A stretch of DNA of 55,105 nucleotides from an uncultured virus (IMG/VR IMGVR_UViG_3300037851_001367) (IMGVR_UViG_3300037851_001367); one strand, 5' to 3'. Numbered from the stretch's first letter, positions 1-9,886 are shown. Notes: generated by a model not told the origin, from the sequence alone. Translations and numbers: made by a program.

Positions 1-3000
1 CCACGGAATCTTGTAGAAGACGTCTTCCAGCGTCAGGGTGACGGACAGCGCCGAGCTGGCCTCGGTGTAGAGCTCGGCGTACGTCGTCTCGGCGACGCCG
101 GCTCCGGTCGGCCCTTGCGCTCCCTGCGGTCCGGTGGGGCCGAGCGGCCCGGTGATGCCCGGCCCGGTGGGTCCGAGCGGTCCGACGGGGCCCGTGGGCC
201 CGGTGTCTCCGCGCGGTCCGGTGGGTCCGAGCGGCCCGGTGGGTCCAAGCCCGCCCGTGACGCCCGTGGCTCCCTGGATTCCCTGCGGGCCTTGAGGACC
301 GGTGAAGCCGATCTGTCCCGTGGGGCCCTGGGCTCCGGTGGGGCCGACCGGTCCGACAGGGCCCGCCGATCCGGTGGCTCCCTGAGGCCCGGTGACTCCG
401 ATGCCGCCAGTGACTCCTTGCGGTCCCTGCGGACCGGTGGCTCCGGTCGCCCCCACCGCACCTTGGGCGCCGGTCGGACCGACTGCTCCGGTCGCCCCCA
501 CAGGGCCCGTATCGCCTCGCGGACCGGTGGCTCCGGTCACGCCAGTGGGCCCGGGTGCTCCCTGAGGTCCGGTTGCTCCCGTCGGGCCGACAGGGCCCGT
601 CGCGCCGGTCATGCCCGTAATGCCAGGGACGCCGGTGGCGCCCTGGGGTCCAGTCACGCCGGTCGCGCCCTGCGGCCCCACCGGGCCGGTCGGTCCGCCG
701 AAGATGGCCGGACCCGTGGCGCCAGTCGCACCGTCGGCCCCAGTCGGTCCTTGCGGACCAGTCGGTCCTTCGGGTCCGGTCGGTCCGGTCGGTCCCTGCA
801 CGCCGGTTGCGCCTTGCGGGCCAGTCGTACCCGGACCCGTCGGACCGGTGGGACCCTGCGGACCGGTGACTCCCGGAGGGCCCTCAGGGCCGGTCGGTCC
901 CCCGAAGGTGCTCGGTCCTGTCGCTCCTGTGACGCCGTCAGCTCCCTGAGGTCCGGTTGCGCCGGTATGGCCGGCAGGCCCGGTGAAGCCGATCGGTCCG
1001 GTCACGCCGGTCGATCCGGCGGGCCCTGTGGACCCCGTGACTCCGGGCGCTCCCTGAGGCCCAGTGGGCCCCTGCACGCCCGGCGCGCCGGTCGGCCCCT
1101 GCACGCCGGTTGCTCCCGTTGCGCCGGCAGGGCCGGTGAAGCCGGTCGCGCCGGCAGGGCCCGTGGGTCCCTGAGGTCCGGTGAAGCCGGTGGCTCCCTG
1201 CGGTCCCTGAGGTCCGGTGAAGCCGGTCGGCCCGACAGCGCCCGTGGCGCCCTGCGCTCCCGTCGGCCCCTGGGCGCCTTGCAGACCCGCCGGTCCGGTG
1301 GCTCCTGTCGCTCCGAAGGTCCCGATCGGGCCCGGAGGTCCTGCCGGGCCCGTGGGTCCAGTTCCGCCAAGCTGTCCGGTTGGGCCGATCGCGCCCGTCG
1401 GGCCGATCGGACCCGTGGGTCCGACCGCGCCAGTCGGCCCAGTGGGGCCAGTTGCTCCGCGAGGACCGGTCCAGCCGGTGGGTCCGGCAGGGCCGGTCCA
1501 TCCAGTCACTCCAGTCATGCCGGCAGGGCCAGTCGCACCCTGAGGTCCGGTGGCTCCCGTCCCCGCAGGTCCCGGGGGTCCAGGGGGTCCGCCGGCCGGG
1601 CCGGTCGGACCCATCGGACCGACGGGGCCCGTAGGTCCGCCAAACACTGCGGGACCCGTCGCGCCGACAGGCCCGGTGGGCCCCGTCGCGCCGACAGGGC
1701 CCGGAGGGCCGCCCGCGGGGCCCGTAACTCCCGGAGACCCCTGCTCGCCCTTCGGCCCGGTAGGTCCCGTCGCTCCCTGCGGACCCGTCGATCCCGTGAC
1801 GCCCTGAATGCCCTGGGCTCCGGTCGGGCCAGTTGCACCCGTGACTCCAGGTGATCCCTGAGGACCCGTCGCGCCTGTGACGCCCGTGGGTCCGGGCGAT
1901 CCCGTGACGCCAGTTGCGCCAACCGGGCCGGTTGCACCTGTGACTCCAGGCGATCCCTGAGGACCTGTCGCGCCCGTGACGCCCGGCGTTCCGTGGGGGC
2001 CGATTTGGCCCGTCGGCCCGATCGGACCGGTGGCTCCGAACGGGCCCGTCAGGCCGATGGCACCCGTTGCACCGACGGCGCCCGTAGGCCCGATCCCTCC
2101 GGTCGGACCTGTGGCTCCTGTCGAACCTGGAGGCCCCTGGATTCCCGTGACGCCGATGGCGCCCGTCGGACCCGTCGCTCCAGGGAGACCCGTCGCTCCC
2201 TGCGGTCCGGTAGGTCCGATCTGGCCTACCGGCCCGGTGTCTCCGCGGGGGCCCGTTGCACCCTCGGGGCCCGTTGCACCAGTCCAGCTGAAACCCTGAG
2301 GTCCCGTGGCGCCTGTGGCGCCCGCGGGGCCCGTCGGTCCGGTGGGCCCGGTCGCTCCCGTCGGCCCCGCATTACCTTGCGGTCCAGTCGCGCCGGTGAC
2401 ACCCGGATACCCGGGCGGCCCTCCTCCGGGACCGGTGGCTCCAGTTACGCCCGGCGATCCCTGCGCTCCGGTGAATCCGGGACCGGCAGGCCCCGTCGGA
2501 CCCTCGGGCCCCTGCGGGCCCGTAGCTCCGGTCACGCCCGCAGGTCCGGTCGCGCCCGTCTGTCCGTCGTCGCCCTTCGGGCCAGTCGGGCCTGCAGGTC
2601 CGGTAAAGCCGGTCGGACCCGGCAAACCCTGAGGACCGGTCGCACCCTGCGGGCCGGTGGGTCCGGTCGGACCGGTTGAGCCCGGAGCTCCCGTCCAGCC
2701 CGTCGCACCGGCGACGCCCGTGACTCCCGTGGGGCCGACTGGCCCCTGCGGGCCAGTCGCGCCAGTCGCTCCGACCGGGCCCGTCGCCCCAGTCGCGCCA
2801 GGGGCGCCAGTCGGCCCGGTCGCGCCGGTTCGTCCCTGAGGTCCGGTGAAGCCCGTAAACCCCGGAGACCCCTGGGGTCCGGTGACACCCTGCCCGCCAG
2901 TTGGTCCGGTCGACCCCGTTGCGCCGACAGGGCCCGTTGCACCCGTTGCTCCGCGAGGCCCCGTCGGTCCCGTGACGCCCGGAGCTCCAGTCGCGCCCGT

Positions 3001-3531
3001 AACGCCCGCGTCCCCCTTGACGCCAGTGAATCCGGTCGGGCCGGGCGAACCCTGCGGGCCGATCGGACCCACGGGCCCAGAGCCAATCAGGCGCTCGACC
3101 ATGTAGAGGTACATGTCGAGCTCGGTGGCCGCGCCACGGTGCCCGGACTCGGAACCCTCGGTGTACGCCGGGTGCCTTCGCGGAAGCGTCGCCGTCGAGG
3201 CGGGTAGCCCGTCCCCCGGGTTGCGCGCGTAGAACCAGCTCTCGGCGATCTTGTTGAGGCCGACGCCGTTGTCCGCAATGAAGCGGATCTTGAAGGTGCC
3301 CTTCTTGTCGGGCGTGATCGTGATGACTTGAGTGTTGCCCGGCGGGTCGATCGTCGCGACCGACTCGACGCCGTTCTCGTCCACCGGCCGACTGACTACC
3401 TGCCAGGTGTACGAGCCGTAGATCGTCGGAACCGAGATAATGACGGGCGTCCCGACAAGGATGTCGGAGTTCGGACCGCCGATGGTCTGAGACAGACCTT
3501 GGGTAATCGAAATCTGCGGTGCGGCGGGCAT
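1..3531 (-). CDS. Giant collagen-like (Gly-X-Y) protein, probable virion fibre; runs off the left edge
   Basis: ATG at 3531 ([13 protein letters not shown]...). About 150 non-repetitive aa, then roughly 3 kb of GPT/GAT/GPQ triplets. The same frame reads ...[31 protein letters not shown] at base 1. Absent from the ORF track because the stop is outside the window. Confidence 0.9.
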   Translation of the reverse strand, partial: MPAAPQISITQGLSQTIGGPNSDILVGTPVIISVPTIYGSYTWQVVSRPVDENGVESVATIDPPGNTQVITITPDKKGTFKIRFIADNGVGLNKIAESWFYARNPGDGLPASTATLPRRHPAYTEGSESGHRGAATELDMYLYMVERLIGSGPVGPIGPQGSPGPTGFTGVKGDAGVTGATGAPGVTGPTGPRGATGATGPVGATGSTGPTGGQGVTGPQGSPGFTGFTGPQGRTGATGPTGAPGATGATGPVGATGATGPQGPVGPTGVTGVAGATGWTGAPGSTGPTGPTGPQGATGPQGLPGPTGFTGPAGPTGPKGDDGQTGATGPAGVTGATGPQGPEGPTGPAGPGFTGAQGSPGVTGATGPGGGPPGYPGVTGATGPQGNAGPTGATGPTGPTGPAGATGATGPQGFSWTGATGPEGATGPRGDTGPVGQIGPTGPQGATGLPGATGPTGAIGVTGIQGPPGSTGATGPTGGIGPTGAVGATGAIGLTGPFGATGPIGPTGQIGPHGTPGVTGATGPQGSPGVTGATGPVGATGVTGSPGPTGVTGATGPQGSPGVTGATGPTGAQGIQGVTGSTGPQGATGPTGPKGEQGSPGVTGPAGGPPGPVGATGPTGPVGATGPAVFGGPTGPVGPMGPTGPAGGPPGPPGPAGTGATGPQGATGPAGMTGVTGWTGPAGPTGWTGPRGATGPTGPTGAVGPTGPIGPTGAIGPTGQLGGTGPTGPAGPPGPIGTFGATGATGPAGLQGAQGPTGAQGATGAVGPTGFTGPQGPQGATGFTGPQGPTGPAGATGFTGPAGATGATGVQGPTGAPGVQGPTGPQGAPGVTGSTGPAGSTGVTGPIGFTGPAGHTGATGPQGADGVTGATGPSTFGGPTGPEGPPGVTGPQGPTGPTGPGTTGPQGATGVQGPTGPTGPEGPTGPQGPTGADGATGATGPAIFGGPTGPVGPQGATGVTGPQGATGVPGITGMTGATGPVGPTGATGPQGAPGPTGVTGATGPRGDTGPVGATGAVGPTGAQGAVGATGATGPQGPQGVTGGIGVTGPQGATGSAGPVGPVGPTGAQGPTGQIGFTGPQGPQGIQGATGVTGGLGPTGPLGPTGPRGDTGPTGPVGPLGPTGPGITGPLGPTGPQGAQGPTGAGVAETTYAELYTEASSALSVTLTLEDVFYKIPW

Positions 3532-3647
3532 CCTGTCCGTTATCTCCGATTAGGCCCCTAGCGGCGGCGCTCCCAGGCGGTCCCAAAAACGTCCGACCGT
3601 CACGCAAATGGTACCGGTCGGGACGTAGGGCGAGACGTGAGGCAAGA

Positions 3648-4049
3648 ATGAAGGTCATCGGTTACGAGGGGAGTCCGGTGTCCGGACACCCGCTGGTCTG
3701 GGGCGCCGCGGCCGTCCGCGACGAGCGTGGCGTCTTCAACGCAGTGCTACCCGGCAAGTTCCAGCCGAGGCTCGACGAGGACGAACTGCGCGACGCCGCG
3801 GTCACTCTCTGCGAGGTGGAGATCCCTATCGAGAAAGTCGGCCCTTACTTCGTGGCCGACATCGCCAAGGACATGGCCTCTCGGGAGCCGTATCGCGTGG
3901 AGGAAGACGGGATCTGGCCGCAGCTCCAGAAGATCGTCGCCATCGGCCACGGGCCAACGCGCACATACTACGTGTTTGAGAGTCACGAAGCGCTTCAAAG
4001 CTGGATCTATCACATGAACGCCGGCAAGTTCGCGCTCGTGCCAGTATAG
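3648..4049 (+). CDS. Hypothetical protein
   Basis: ATG 3648 (MKVIGYEG...), coding-like composition. Confidence 0.7.
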   Translation: MKVIGYEGSPVSGHPLVWGAAAVRDERGVFNAVLPGKFQPRLDEDELRDAAVTLCEVEIPIEKVGPYFVADIAKDMASREPYRVEEDGIWPQLQKIVAIGHGPTRTYYVFESHEALQSWIYHMNAGKFALVPV

Positions 4050-4055
4050 TCGGGC

Positions 4056-4520
4056 ATGGCCCGCATTCACTCGCCGCGGCAGAGGCAGTCCGACATGCGC
4101 TGGGACTTCACCGTCTCCTCCGACGAGGAGGGCTGGTGCCACGCGGCGGGCTACTGCGTCGGATGGAAGGATCCCGACGAGACGAACGAAGAGCTGCGGA
4201 AGAAGTTCGGCGACAACTACCTCATCCGGCCTGAGGAGGCCGACAAGATGAGGCAGTTCCAGAGCAAGTACCACAAGGACGGCCACGCGACCTCGGAGGA
4301 GGCGTCCGCCTGCCACGATGAGTATGAGCTCGACTTCGAGCTCCGCTTCTCCGAGAACCCCGACGAAATGCTGAAGTGCGTCTCGTGCGGCGACTTCACG
4401 ACGGGAAGGTGCACGCTCGGCGCGTTCGGCCGTTATGTCCTTTGCTCATCACACCAGACGCGCGAGGACGCTCAGAAGGCCAGGGACGTCGAAAGGGCGT
4501 CCCGGCGCCGACCGGTGTAA
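4056..4520 (+). CDS. Hypothetical protein with Cys/His motifs
   Basis: ORF preceded by GTATAGT-N5-ATG; CxxC motif near the C-terminus. Confidence 0.7.
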   Translation: MARIHSPRQRQSDMRWDFTVSSDEEGWCHAAGYCVGWKDPDETNEELRKKFGDNYLIRPEEADKMRQFQSKYHKDGHATSEEASACHDEYELDFELRFSENPDEMLKCVSCGDFTTGRCTLGAFGRYVLCSSHQTREDAQKARDVERASRRRPV

Positions 4521-4528
4521 CGTCGGCA

Positions 4529-5128
4529 ATGCCGGCCAACCCCGAAGTCCTCAAGGTCCTCCGCGAGCTGTCCGTCCTTCACGCCCCTCCCGGCAAGCCC
4601 TTCATCCTCAAGTCAGGCAAGGAGTCGATGCACTACGTCGACGTCCGCCTGGCCGCCCTGAGCCCACACGGGCTCCGAGTCATCGCTGGGGAGCTCTTCT
4701 GGACCGCCATGTCGCTGAAGACCGGAGCCTGCCTGGCCGCCGGAGTGGCGCTCGGCGGATGTCCCCTCGCCACCGGCGTCTCCTCCACCTCCCTCGACCT
4801 GTCCGAGTCGAAGAAGTGGGACGGGAACCCCTGGTTCGACAACCTTCCCGTCTGGGACGCCGTCTATGTGCGCCCGGAGGCGAAGGACCACGGGACGGGC
4901 AAGCTCGTCGAAGGCCACTTCGAGAAGGGCTGGGGCGCCGTCCTGTTCGAGGACGTCGTCACCTCCGGCGGCTCCTCGCTCAAGGCCATCGCCGCCCTGC
5001 GGGACGCCGGCATCGACGTGAAGGCCGTCGTCGCCGTGCTTGACCGCGAGGAAGGAGGCGGCGAGAAGATCTCGGCAGAAGTGCCGTTCCGCGCCCTTTG
5101 CACTCTTCGTGAGCTGCTCGCGACATGA
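4529..5128 (+). CDS. pyrE: Orotate phosphoribosyltransferase
   Basis: FILKSGKESMHYVD, R-x-EAKDHG and the PRPP-binding motif LFEDVVTSGGS. Confidence 0.93.
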   Translation: MPANPEVLKVLRELSVLHAPPGKPFILKSGKESMHYVDVRLAALSPHGLRVIAGELFWTAMSLKTGACLAAGVALGGCPLATGVSSTSLDLSESKKWDGNPWFDNLPVWDAVYVRPEAKDHGTGKLVEGHFEKGWGAVLFEDVVTSGGSSLKAIAALRDAGIDVKAVVAVLDREEGGGEKISAEVPFRALCTLRELLAT

Positions 5129-5340
5129 GCAAGCTCGACGACGCCAAGCGCCGGCTCGGTGCGGCGATGGTGGACGAGATCGGTCAAAGGGTCGCGGAGA
5201 AGAAGGCCCGCGGTCGCCTGGAGGCGGAGGCCATGGCCCGCCTCCTCGCCTGCAAGCGAGAAGGTCACATCAGGAACCCAGACGACAAGTGCGTACGCTG
5301 CCATGACGTCGCACCGGAGCCCGGCTATGAAAGCACATGA
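5125..5340 (+). CDS. Small hypothetical protein
   Basis: ATGA overlap with pyrE; C..H..CxxC motif. Confidence 0.6.
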   Translation: MSKLDDAKRRLGAAMVDEIGQRVAEKKARGRLEAEAMARLLACKREGHIRNPDDKCVRCHDVAPEPGYEST

Positions 5341-5995
5341 GAAGATCGCGTTCGCCATGGACGTCTCGTCGCTCGGCGAGGCCAGCAAGTTCGACACGAT
5401 CCTTCGCGGTCACGTCGGCGCCCTGAAGGTCGGCCTGGAGCTCTTCATCGCCTGTCCCGACTTCAAGCCGGCGATGCCCTTCATCTTGGACCTGAAGCTC
5501 CACGACATACCGGAGACCGTAGCCCGGGCCGTGAAGGCGGGCGGCGACCGCGGTGCGAAGTTCATGACGCTCCACATCCAGCAGCGCAAGGCGCTGGAGA
5601 TGGCGGTCAAGGCCGCGGAGCCCTTCGGAATCACGCTCCTCGGCGTCACCGTCCTGACTTCGATGAACGACGACGACTGCAAGGAGCTCGGGTACGTGCC
5701 CCTGCAGCCGTCGACGCGCGCGCTCTCCCTCGCCCAGTTCGGCCACGACTGCGGACTCCGCGGGTTTGTCTGCTCCCCACATGAGGTCGCCAGGCTAAAG
5801 GGCGCCTTCCCCGACTCTTTCTTCCTCGTTCCCGGCGTCCGTCCCGCGGGCTCGGACGCCGGAGACCAGAAACGCGTCGGCACACCGGCCCAGGCCGTTA
5901 AGGACGGAGCCAGCCTCATCGTCGTCGGCCGTCCCATCCGCGACGCCGCCGATCCGGTCGCGGCGGCAAAGGCTATTGCCGTCGAAATCGGCTAG
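5327..5995 (+). CDS. pyrF: Orotidine-5'-phosphate decarboxylase
   Basis: LKVGLELF, DLKLHDIPETV, VTVLTS, VPGVRP, DQKRV and VGRPI signature motifs. Confidence 0.95.
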   Translation: MKAHEKIAFAMDVSSLGEASKFDTILRGHVGALKVGLELFIACPDFKPAMPFILDLKLHDIPETVARAVKAGGDRGAKFMTLHIQQRKALEMAVKAAEPFGITLLGVTVLTSMNDDDCKELGYVPLQPSTRALSLAQFGHDCGLRGFVCSPHEVARLKGAFPDSFFLVPGVRPAGSDAGDQKRVGTPAQAVKDGASLIVVGRPIRDAADPVAAAKAIAVEIG

Positions 5996-6354
5996 GCTGC
6001 CTTCAGTACTGAGTCGATCTTTCCGGAGAGCAGCATGAGATCGACCGGCTTCGGCACGATCTCATAAGGATATGGCCTCGGCACCATGTCCACGCTCGCC
6101 GAGACGACGATGACCGGAATGCGCGCGATCTTCATGTCGGACCACTTCCTTTCCAGGAAGCTCCATCCGTCCATCACCGGCATTGCTATGTCCGTTATCA
6201 CGATGTTCGGCGTGAACGGCCCTATCTTCTCAAGCGCGTCGCGTCCGTTGATCGCCATCGCCGTCACGAACCCCCGTGACTGAAGGAACATGCTGAGGAT
6301 GTCTCTTGCGTCCTCGTCGTCGTCAACGACGAGCGCTCTATACTGCTTTGCCAT
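5992..6354 (-). CDS. Single-domain response regulator (receiver)
   Basis: LVVDDD, phospho-acceptor TDIAMPVMDG, VSA and KP motifs. Confidence 0.9.
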   Translation of the reverse strand: MAKQYRALVVDDDEDARDILSMFLQSRGFVTAMAINGRDALEKIGPFTPNIVITDIAMPVMDGWSFLERKWSDMKIARIPVIVVSASVDMVPRPYPYEIVPKPVDLMLLSGKIDSVLKAA

Positions 6355-6472
6355 TTCCCACCCCTGCGGTCGCTTACACTTCGGACTCCTGAACTTCCGA
6401 CTCGGGAGCTTACGCCGAAAGTCCATCCACTCTCAGCGTAGCGTATCTCGTTCGTTCTGAACACGCGAGTAC

Positions 6473-6501
6473 TTGACAAACGTTAGCACTTGTGCTAAGA
6501 T
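6473..6501 (+). promoter_or_regulatory. Sigma70-type promoter with an overlapping palindrome (possible operator)
   Basis: TTGACA-17 nt-TAAGAT with extended TG; palindrome TTAGCAC-TT-GTGCTAA at 6483-6498. Confidence 0.8.
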
Positions 6502-6565
6502 GCTCGGAAGCAGGCGTGATCCCTAACCCGGACCGCCCGACAGGCCGACAGGCCCCAGGTTCCCA

Positions 6566-6721
6566 ATGAAACTCACCAGGTCGCATTCCATGACGTTGCA
6601 AGCGGTCGAAACCGCCGCGGCGGCGTGGTGTGTCCTGGGTACGAGCGCCATCGTGGGAAATCTTGGGCTTGCGTATACCTCCGATCGCCAGCCCAAGTTC
6701 GAGCGCCCGGAGGATACGTAA
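6566..6721 (+). CDS. Putative leader peptide (51 aa) of an attenuator
   Basis: MKLTRSHS...PKFERPEDT-stop; the stop codon abuts the antiterminator strand. Confidence 0.55.
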   Translation: MKLTRSHSMTLQAVETAAAAWCVLGTSAIVGNLGLAYTSDRQPKFERPEDT

Positions 6722-6760
6722 AGGCGACCTGTCTCATCCCGATCCCCAAAGGATCCCCGA

Positions 6761-6801
6761 GAAGGTCGCCCGAGGAAACTCCGGCGGCCTTCAGCGTTTT
6801 T
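6761..6801 (+). terminator. Intrinsic terminator / attenuator hairpin
   Basis: GAAGGTCGCCCGAG-GAAA-CTCCGGCGGCCTTC followed by a T-tract; competing helix 6723-6730 with 6763-6770. Confidence 0.7.
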
Positions 6802-6875
6802 GGCATCACGAGCAGACCATGAACCGACCCAACAACATTCGCGAGAGCTATCGACCCGGAGCCGACTCCCACTAC

Positions 6876-6953
6876 GGGGTGGCCGCCGGGACGGAAGTGT
6901 GTCTGTAAAACACGCGCCTTAGTGCTATCTGGGTTCGACTCCCAGACGCCCCA
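6876..6953 (+). tRNA. tRNA-Tyr(GTA), short D-arm
   Basis: anticodon loop CTGTAAA, T-loop TTCGACT. Confidence 0.75.
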
Positions 6954-6959
6954 CCGAAG

Positions 6960-7169
6960 ATGAGCGACACGAAGAAAGCCGACAAGAGAGGATGGAGGAG
7001 GGTCCGAGGTAAGCCCCGCTCTCCAGGACAGGCGGAGACGGTTCGGAGCAGGCACACGTTCGGCAGGACCGAGAAGATCCTCAGGCGCAACCGCAAAACG
7101 TGGACAAGGCTCCACTCCAAAATCGGCAGACAGCTCGACAAGCAGGAAGTTCAGGAACAGACGCCATGA
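6960..7169 (+). CDS. Small basic hypothetical protein
   Basis: K/R-rich 69-aa ORF between tRNA genes. Confidence 0.55.
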   Translation: MSDTKKADKRGWRRVRGKPRSPGQAETVRSRHTFGRTEKILRRNRKTWTRLHSKIGRQLDKQEVQEQTP

Positions 7170-7215
7170 AGCTCAAAAAGATCAAGCCCGGTGACGCCGG
7201 GCCGAAAGCCAAGGA

Positions 7216-7290
7216 GGGACGTTAGCACCAAGGTGGTGCAGGGGCCTTTTAAGCCCACAGAGACGAGTTCGATTCTCGTGCGTCCCACCA
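7216..7290 (+). tRNA. tRNA-Lys(TTT)
   Basis: cloverleaf, loop CTTTTAA, encoded CCA. Confidence 0.88.
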
Positions 7291-7294
7291 ACCC

Positions 7295-7366
7295 GGGAGG
7301 TTGGCATCAAGGTGACGCAACGCCCTCTTAAGGCGATAGAGGCGGGTTCGATTCCCGTGCCTCCCA
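7295..7366 (+). tRNA. tRNA-Lys(CTT)
   Basis: cloverleaf, loop CTCTTAA. Confidence 0.85.
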
Positions 7367-7451
7367 CAAGGACCTCGCGAGAGGAATGGCTGCGCCGTCC
7401 GCGGCGCCACAGGAGACGTGTATACGGTTTGCTAAGTGACAGTTCACACAC

Positions 7452-7522
7452 TGGGGAGTCGTCCAGCGGCAGGACTACAGACTCTGGATCTGTCTACGGG
7501 GGTTCGAATCCCTCCTCCCCAT
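7452..7522 (+). tRNA. tRNA-Gln(CTG)
   Basis: cloverleaf, loop CTCTGGA. Confidence 0.9.
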
Positions 7523-7554
7523 CTGGCCAACCCCGAGCTCATCGGGGCTGTTCC

Positions 7555-7582
7555 TTGACAATTCAACAGGACCTGGTACTCT
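7555..7582 (+). promoter_or_regulatory. Sigma70-type promoter
   Basis: TTGACA-16 nt-TACTCT with extended TG. Confidence 0.6.
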
Positions 7583-7739
7583 GGCTTCGCCGTGCCCCCA
7601 AGGCTCGGAAAAGTCCGGCGCCCGTGATCGACCCCAGATTATACGTGGGGGCTGCAGCGGTCGGACAGAGTCAGTTACCTCTCCTGAGTTTGCGCGCGGG
7701 GTCCGAACAAAGCTTCGGCCGAGGGAGGACTCCGCATTT

Positions 7740-7811
7740 GTCCCCATAGACTACTGGCTAGGTTGCCATCCTTTCAAGATGGAGGACCGGGATCGATACC
7801 CGGTGGGGACG
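7740..7811 (+). tRNA. tRNA-Glu(TTC)
   Basis: cloverleaf, loop CTTTCAA. Confidence 0.85.
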
Positions 7812-7817
7812 CTGTTT

Positions 7818-7891
7818 GCCTCGTGACGCTGCTGGGTGGCGGGCCCCCTGTCTAGGGGTTGGGAGGGGTTCGATTCCCCTACGAGGCGCCA
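7818..7891 (+). tRNA. tRNA-Asp(GTC)
   Basis: cloverleaf, loop CTGTCTA, encoded CCA. Confidence 0.85.
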
Positions 7892-7961
7892 GGCGAAGGA
7901 CAGCGATCGTGCACATCGCGCCGGGAGGGGAGCTCCGCCGGCAGTCTGGAGCCTGACCAAT

Positions 7962-8032
7962 AGGTGGGAGTGCAGGGCACAACACGGATTCCAACACCGT
8001 GGAAGAGGGTTCGATTCCCTCCCCATCTGCCA
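7962..8032 (+). tRNA. tRNA-Trp(CCA), minimal D-arm
   Basis: AGGTGGG/CCCATCT acceptor, loop TTCCAAC, encoded CCA. Confidence 0.75.
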
Positions 8033-8144
8033 GCGAAGGCGCCCGCCCACGAAGCGGGAATGTCGGAGCGCTTAGAGACTCGTGCGGCGTTGGAACCGGA
8101 TCCCATACCAGATTTGGGACGAGGAACGACGACCCTCTCTACAG

Positions 8145-8220
8145 GTCCCCATCGTCTAGAGGCCTAGGACGGTTGGTTCTCAGCCATCAAACCCCGGTTC
8201 GAATCCGGGTGGGGACGCCA
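8145..8220 (+). tRNA. tRNA-Glu(CTC)
   Basis: cloverleaf, loop TTCTCAG, encoded CCA. Confidence 0.9.
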
Positions 8221-8222
8221 CC

Positions 8223-8294
8223 TGGGGTGTAGCTCAACGGGAGAGCGCCGGCCTTGCAAGCCGTGAGATGAGGGTTCGACTCCCTTCACTTCCA
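8223..8294 (+). tRNA. tRNA-Ala(TGC)
   Basis: loop CTTGCAA, G3:U70; 1:72 mismatch. Confidence 0.82.
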
Positions 8295-8299
8295 CCGCG

Positions 8300-8599
8300 T
8301 CAGGGTATCTCCCTGACGGCAAAGCGAGCGACACGGTCGTCGTGGAACTCCGCCACGACGTAGAAGGGCGGCTTACAGACCAGCCCGTTGACGACCCCGA
8401 GGAGGCCCACCGAACAGTAGGAGCCCTTCTCGGGGTCTTCGTTTACCCGGACCTGGACCCGCGGGTGGTCCGCGAGACGGTCGTTGCACTTCGCGTGGAA
8501 GTTCACGAGCCAGTTGATCGCAACCGGGTCGCGCTCCAGCATCTCGTTCAGCCCGTCGACGGTCCTCACAAGCTCGGCCGGCGGCCTTTTCTTTGCCAT
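8300..8599 (-). CDS. Hypothetical protein
   Basis: 99-aa ORF preceded by GTAACGT-N6-ATG. Confidence 0.7.
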   Translation of the reverse strand: MAKKRPPAELVRTVDGLNEMLERDPVAINWLVNFHAKCNDRLADHPRVQVRVNEDPEKGSYCSVGLLGVVNGLVCKPPFYVVAEFHDDRVARFAVREIP

Positions 8600-8616
8600 A
8601 GTCTAACGTTACGAAT

Positions 8617-8692
8617 GCTCCCGTAGCCTAACGGATCAGGCACTTGTCTACGGAACAAGGTCATGCAGGTTCGAGTCCTGCCGGGAGTGCCA
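8617..8692 (+). tRNA. tRNA-Arg(ACG)
   Basis: cloverleaf, loop CTACGGA, encoded CCA. Confidence 0.92.
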
Positions 8693-8705
8693 AGTACGGT
8701 CCTGC

Positions 8706-8936
8706 GTGGCCGGACACGACTGGAAGAAGGTCTCGTTCCAGGGCGAGCTGAAGCCCTTCGTGAAGGCCTTCCTAAAGCACGACTCCGATCTGTCCAAGCT
8801 CCGGGCATGGCACTGCCCGAAGTGCGGGTCGGTGGCCGTGGCCCAAGGCGGGATGAAGCTCAAGGACGCGCGCCGCCACGCGCGGATCTCCTTCAACTGC
8901 GACGAGATGATAGTGGACGCAGTCCACGACTATTGA
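8706..8936 (+). CDS. Small Zn-finger-like protein with VxxVHxx tail
   Basis: HDW...CPKCG...CDEMIVDAVHDY-stop; GTACGGT-N5-GTG. Confidence 0.75.
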   Translation: MAGHDWKKVSFQGELKPFVKAFLKHDSDLSKLRAWHCPKCGSVAVAQGGMKLKDARRHARISFNCDEMIVDAVHDY

Positions 8937-8941
8937 CTTAT

Positions 8942-9012
8942 TCCGGGGTCGTTCAACGGTAGGACGGGTGGCTGTTTACCACTCTATGCGGGTTCGAATC
9001 CTGCCCTCGGAG
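8942..9012 (+). tRNA. tRNA-Asn(GTT)
   Basis: cloverleaf, loop CTGTTTA. Confidence 0.88.
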
Positions 9013-9017
9013 CTTTT

Positions 9018-9089
9018 GACCTACTAGCTGTCTGGTGAAGCGCCCGCCTGTTAAGCGGAAGACGCCAGGTTCGATTCCTGGGTAGGTCG
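9018..9089 (+). tRNA. tRNA-Asn(GTT)
   Basis: cloverleaf, loop CTGTTAA. Confidence 0.85.
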
Positions 9090-9140
9090 CAAAGTTCGTA
9101 TTCCGTCGTAGACTGGCGGGACTCCGCTGTACGCTCGCCC

Positions 9141-9701
9141 GTGATCCACAAGGGCGCCGGGAAGTTCGTCATCCACCACGCCGACGGGCTGGAGGTCCTC
9201 GCCTCCCGCCGCTGGAGCCACATCATCACCGACCCGGACTATGAGAACCAGCCGGGCGTCGACGGATACCTCGCCCAGTGCAGCGGGAATGTCCTCGTCT
9301 TCTGCGACCCGACCAAAAGGCCCTGCGGCCCAAACCCGGACGAGGTGCTCGCCTGGCTGAAGCCGCCGGCCTACAAGAACGTGTCTAGGCGGTGTGCCAA
9401 GATGTTCGAGGAGATCCTCGTCTACCGCGGCAAGGACTCCGTCTTCAACCCGGTCCACTGGTCGTCGATGGTCGGCATTTTCACCGACGGCTTCGTCGAG
9501 AAGCCCCTCCATCCGTACGGCAAACCGCCGTCCCTCATCGAGAAGCTCGTGCTGATGTACACGAAGCCGGGCGACCTCGTCTTCGATCCGTTCTGCGGCT
9601 CCGGCACCGTCGGCGTCGCCTGCCTCAAGCACGGCCGCAAGTTCGTCGGCTGCGAGAACGACCGTAGGTATTTCGAGATGGCCCGTAAGGCGGCGGCATG
9701 A
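9141..9701 (+). CDS. DNA N6-adenine/N4-cytosine methyltransferase (beta-type motif order)
   Basis: TDPDY (variant of DPPY), HPYGKP, FDPFCGSGT. Confidence 0.85.
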   Translation: MIHKGAGKFVIHHADGLEVLASRRWSHIITDPDYENQPGVDGYLAQCSGNVLVFCDPTKRPCGPNPDEVLAWLKPPAYKNVSRRCAKMFEEILVYRGKDSVFNPVHWSSMVGIFTDGFVEKPLHPYGKPPSLIEKLVLMYTKPGDLVFDPFCGSGTVGVACLKHGRKFVGCENDRRYFEMARKAAA

Positions 9702-9886
9702 GCGACGAGAAGGAACCCGAAGAGATCACCGAGGACGACCGGGACCCGGCCAACATCCTCTTCCGCGCGGGCTACCTCCGTAGCCTCGCGAACAAGCTCG
9801 ACGGGGAGGACCGGAAGTTCGTCGTGCGCGCCTCAAGGTCACTCCGGGCGTTCGCGATGACCTTCCGAACCAAGGACGGCCAATGA
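9698..9886 (+). CDS. Hypothetical protein
   Basis: ATGA-coupled to both neighbours. Confidence 0.6.
   Translation: MSDEKEPEEITEDDRDPANILFRAGYLRSLANKLDGEDRKFVVRASRSLRAFAMTFRTKDGQ

Noticed and set aside
33..3658. Numerous Pro/Gly/Arg-rich ORFs on both strands
   Set aside because: They are alternative-frame shadows of the collagen repeat; the real frame is the minus-strand Gly-X-Y gene.
7587..7738. RNase P RNA (GGAAAAGTCCGG ... GAACAAAGCTTCGGC resemblance)
   Set aside because: About 150 nt is too short and the P4 pairing cannot be built. It may still be a structured leader.
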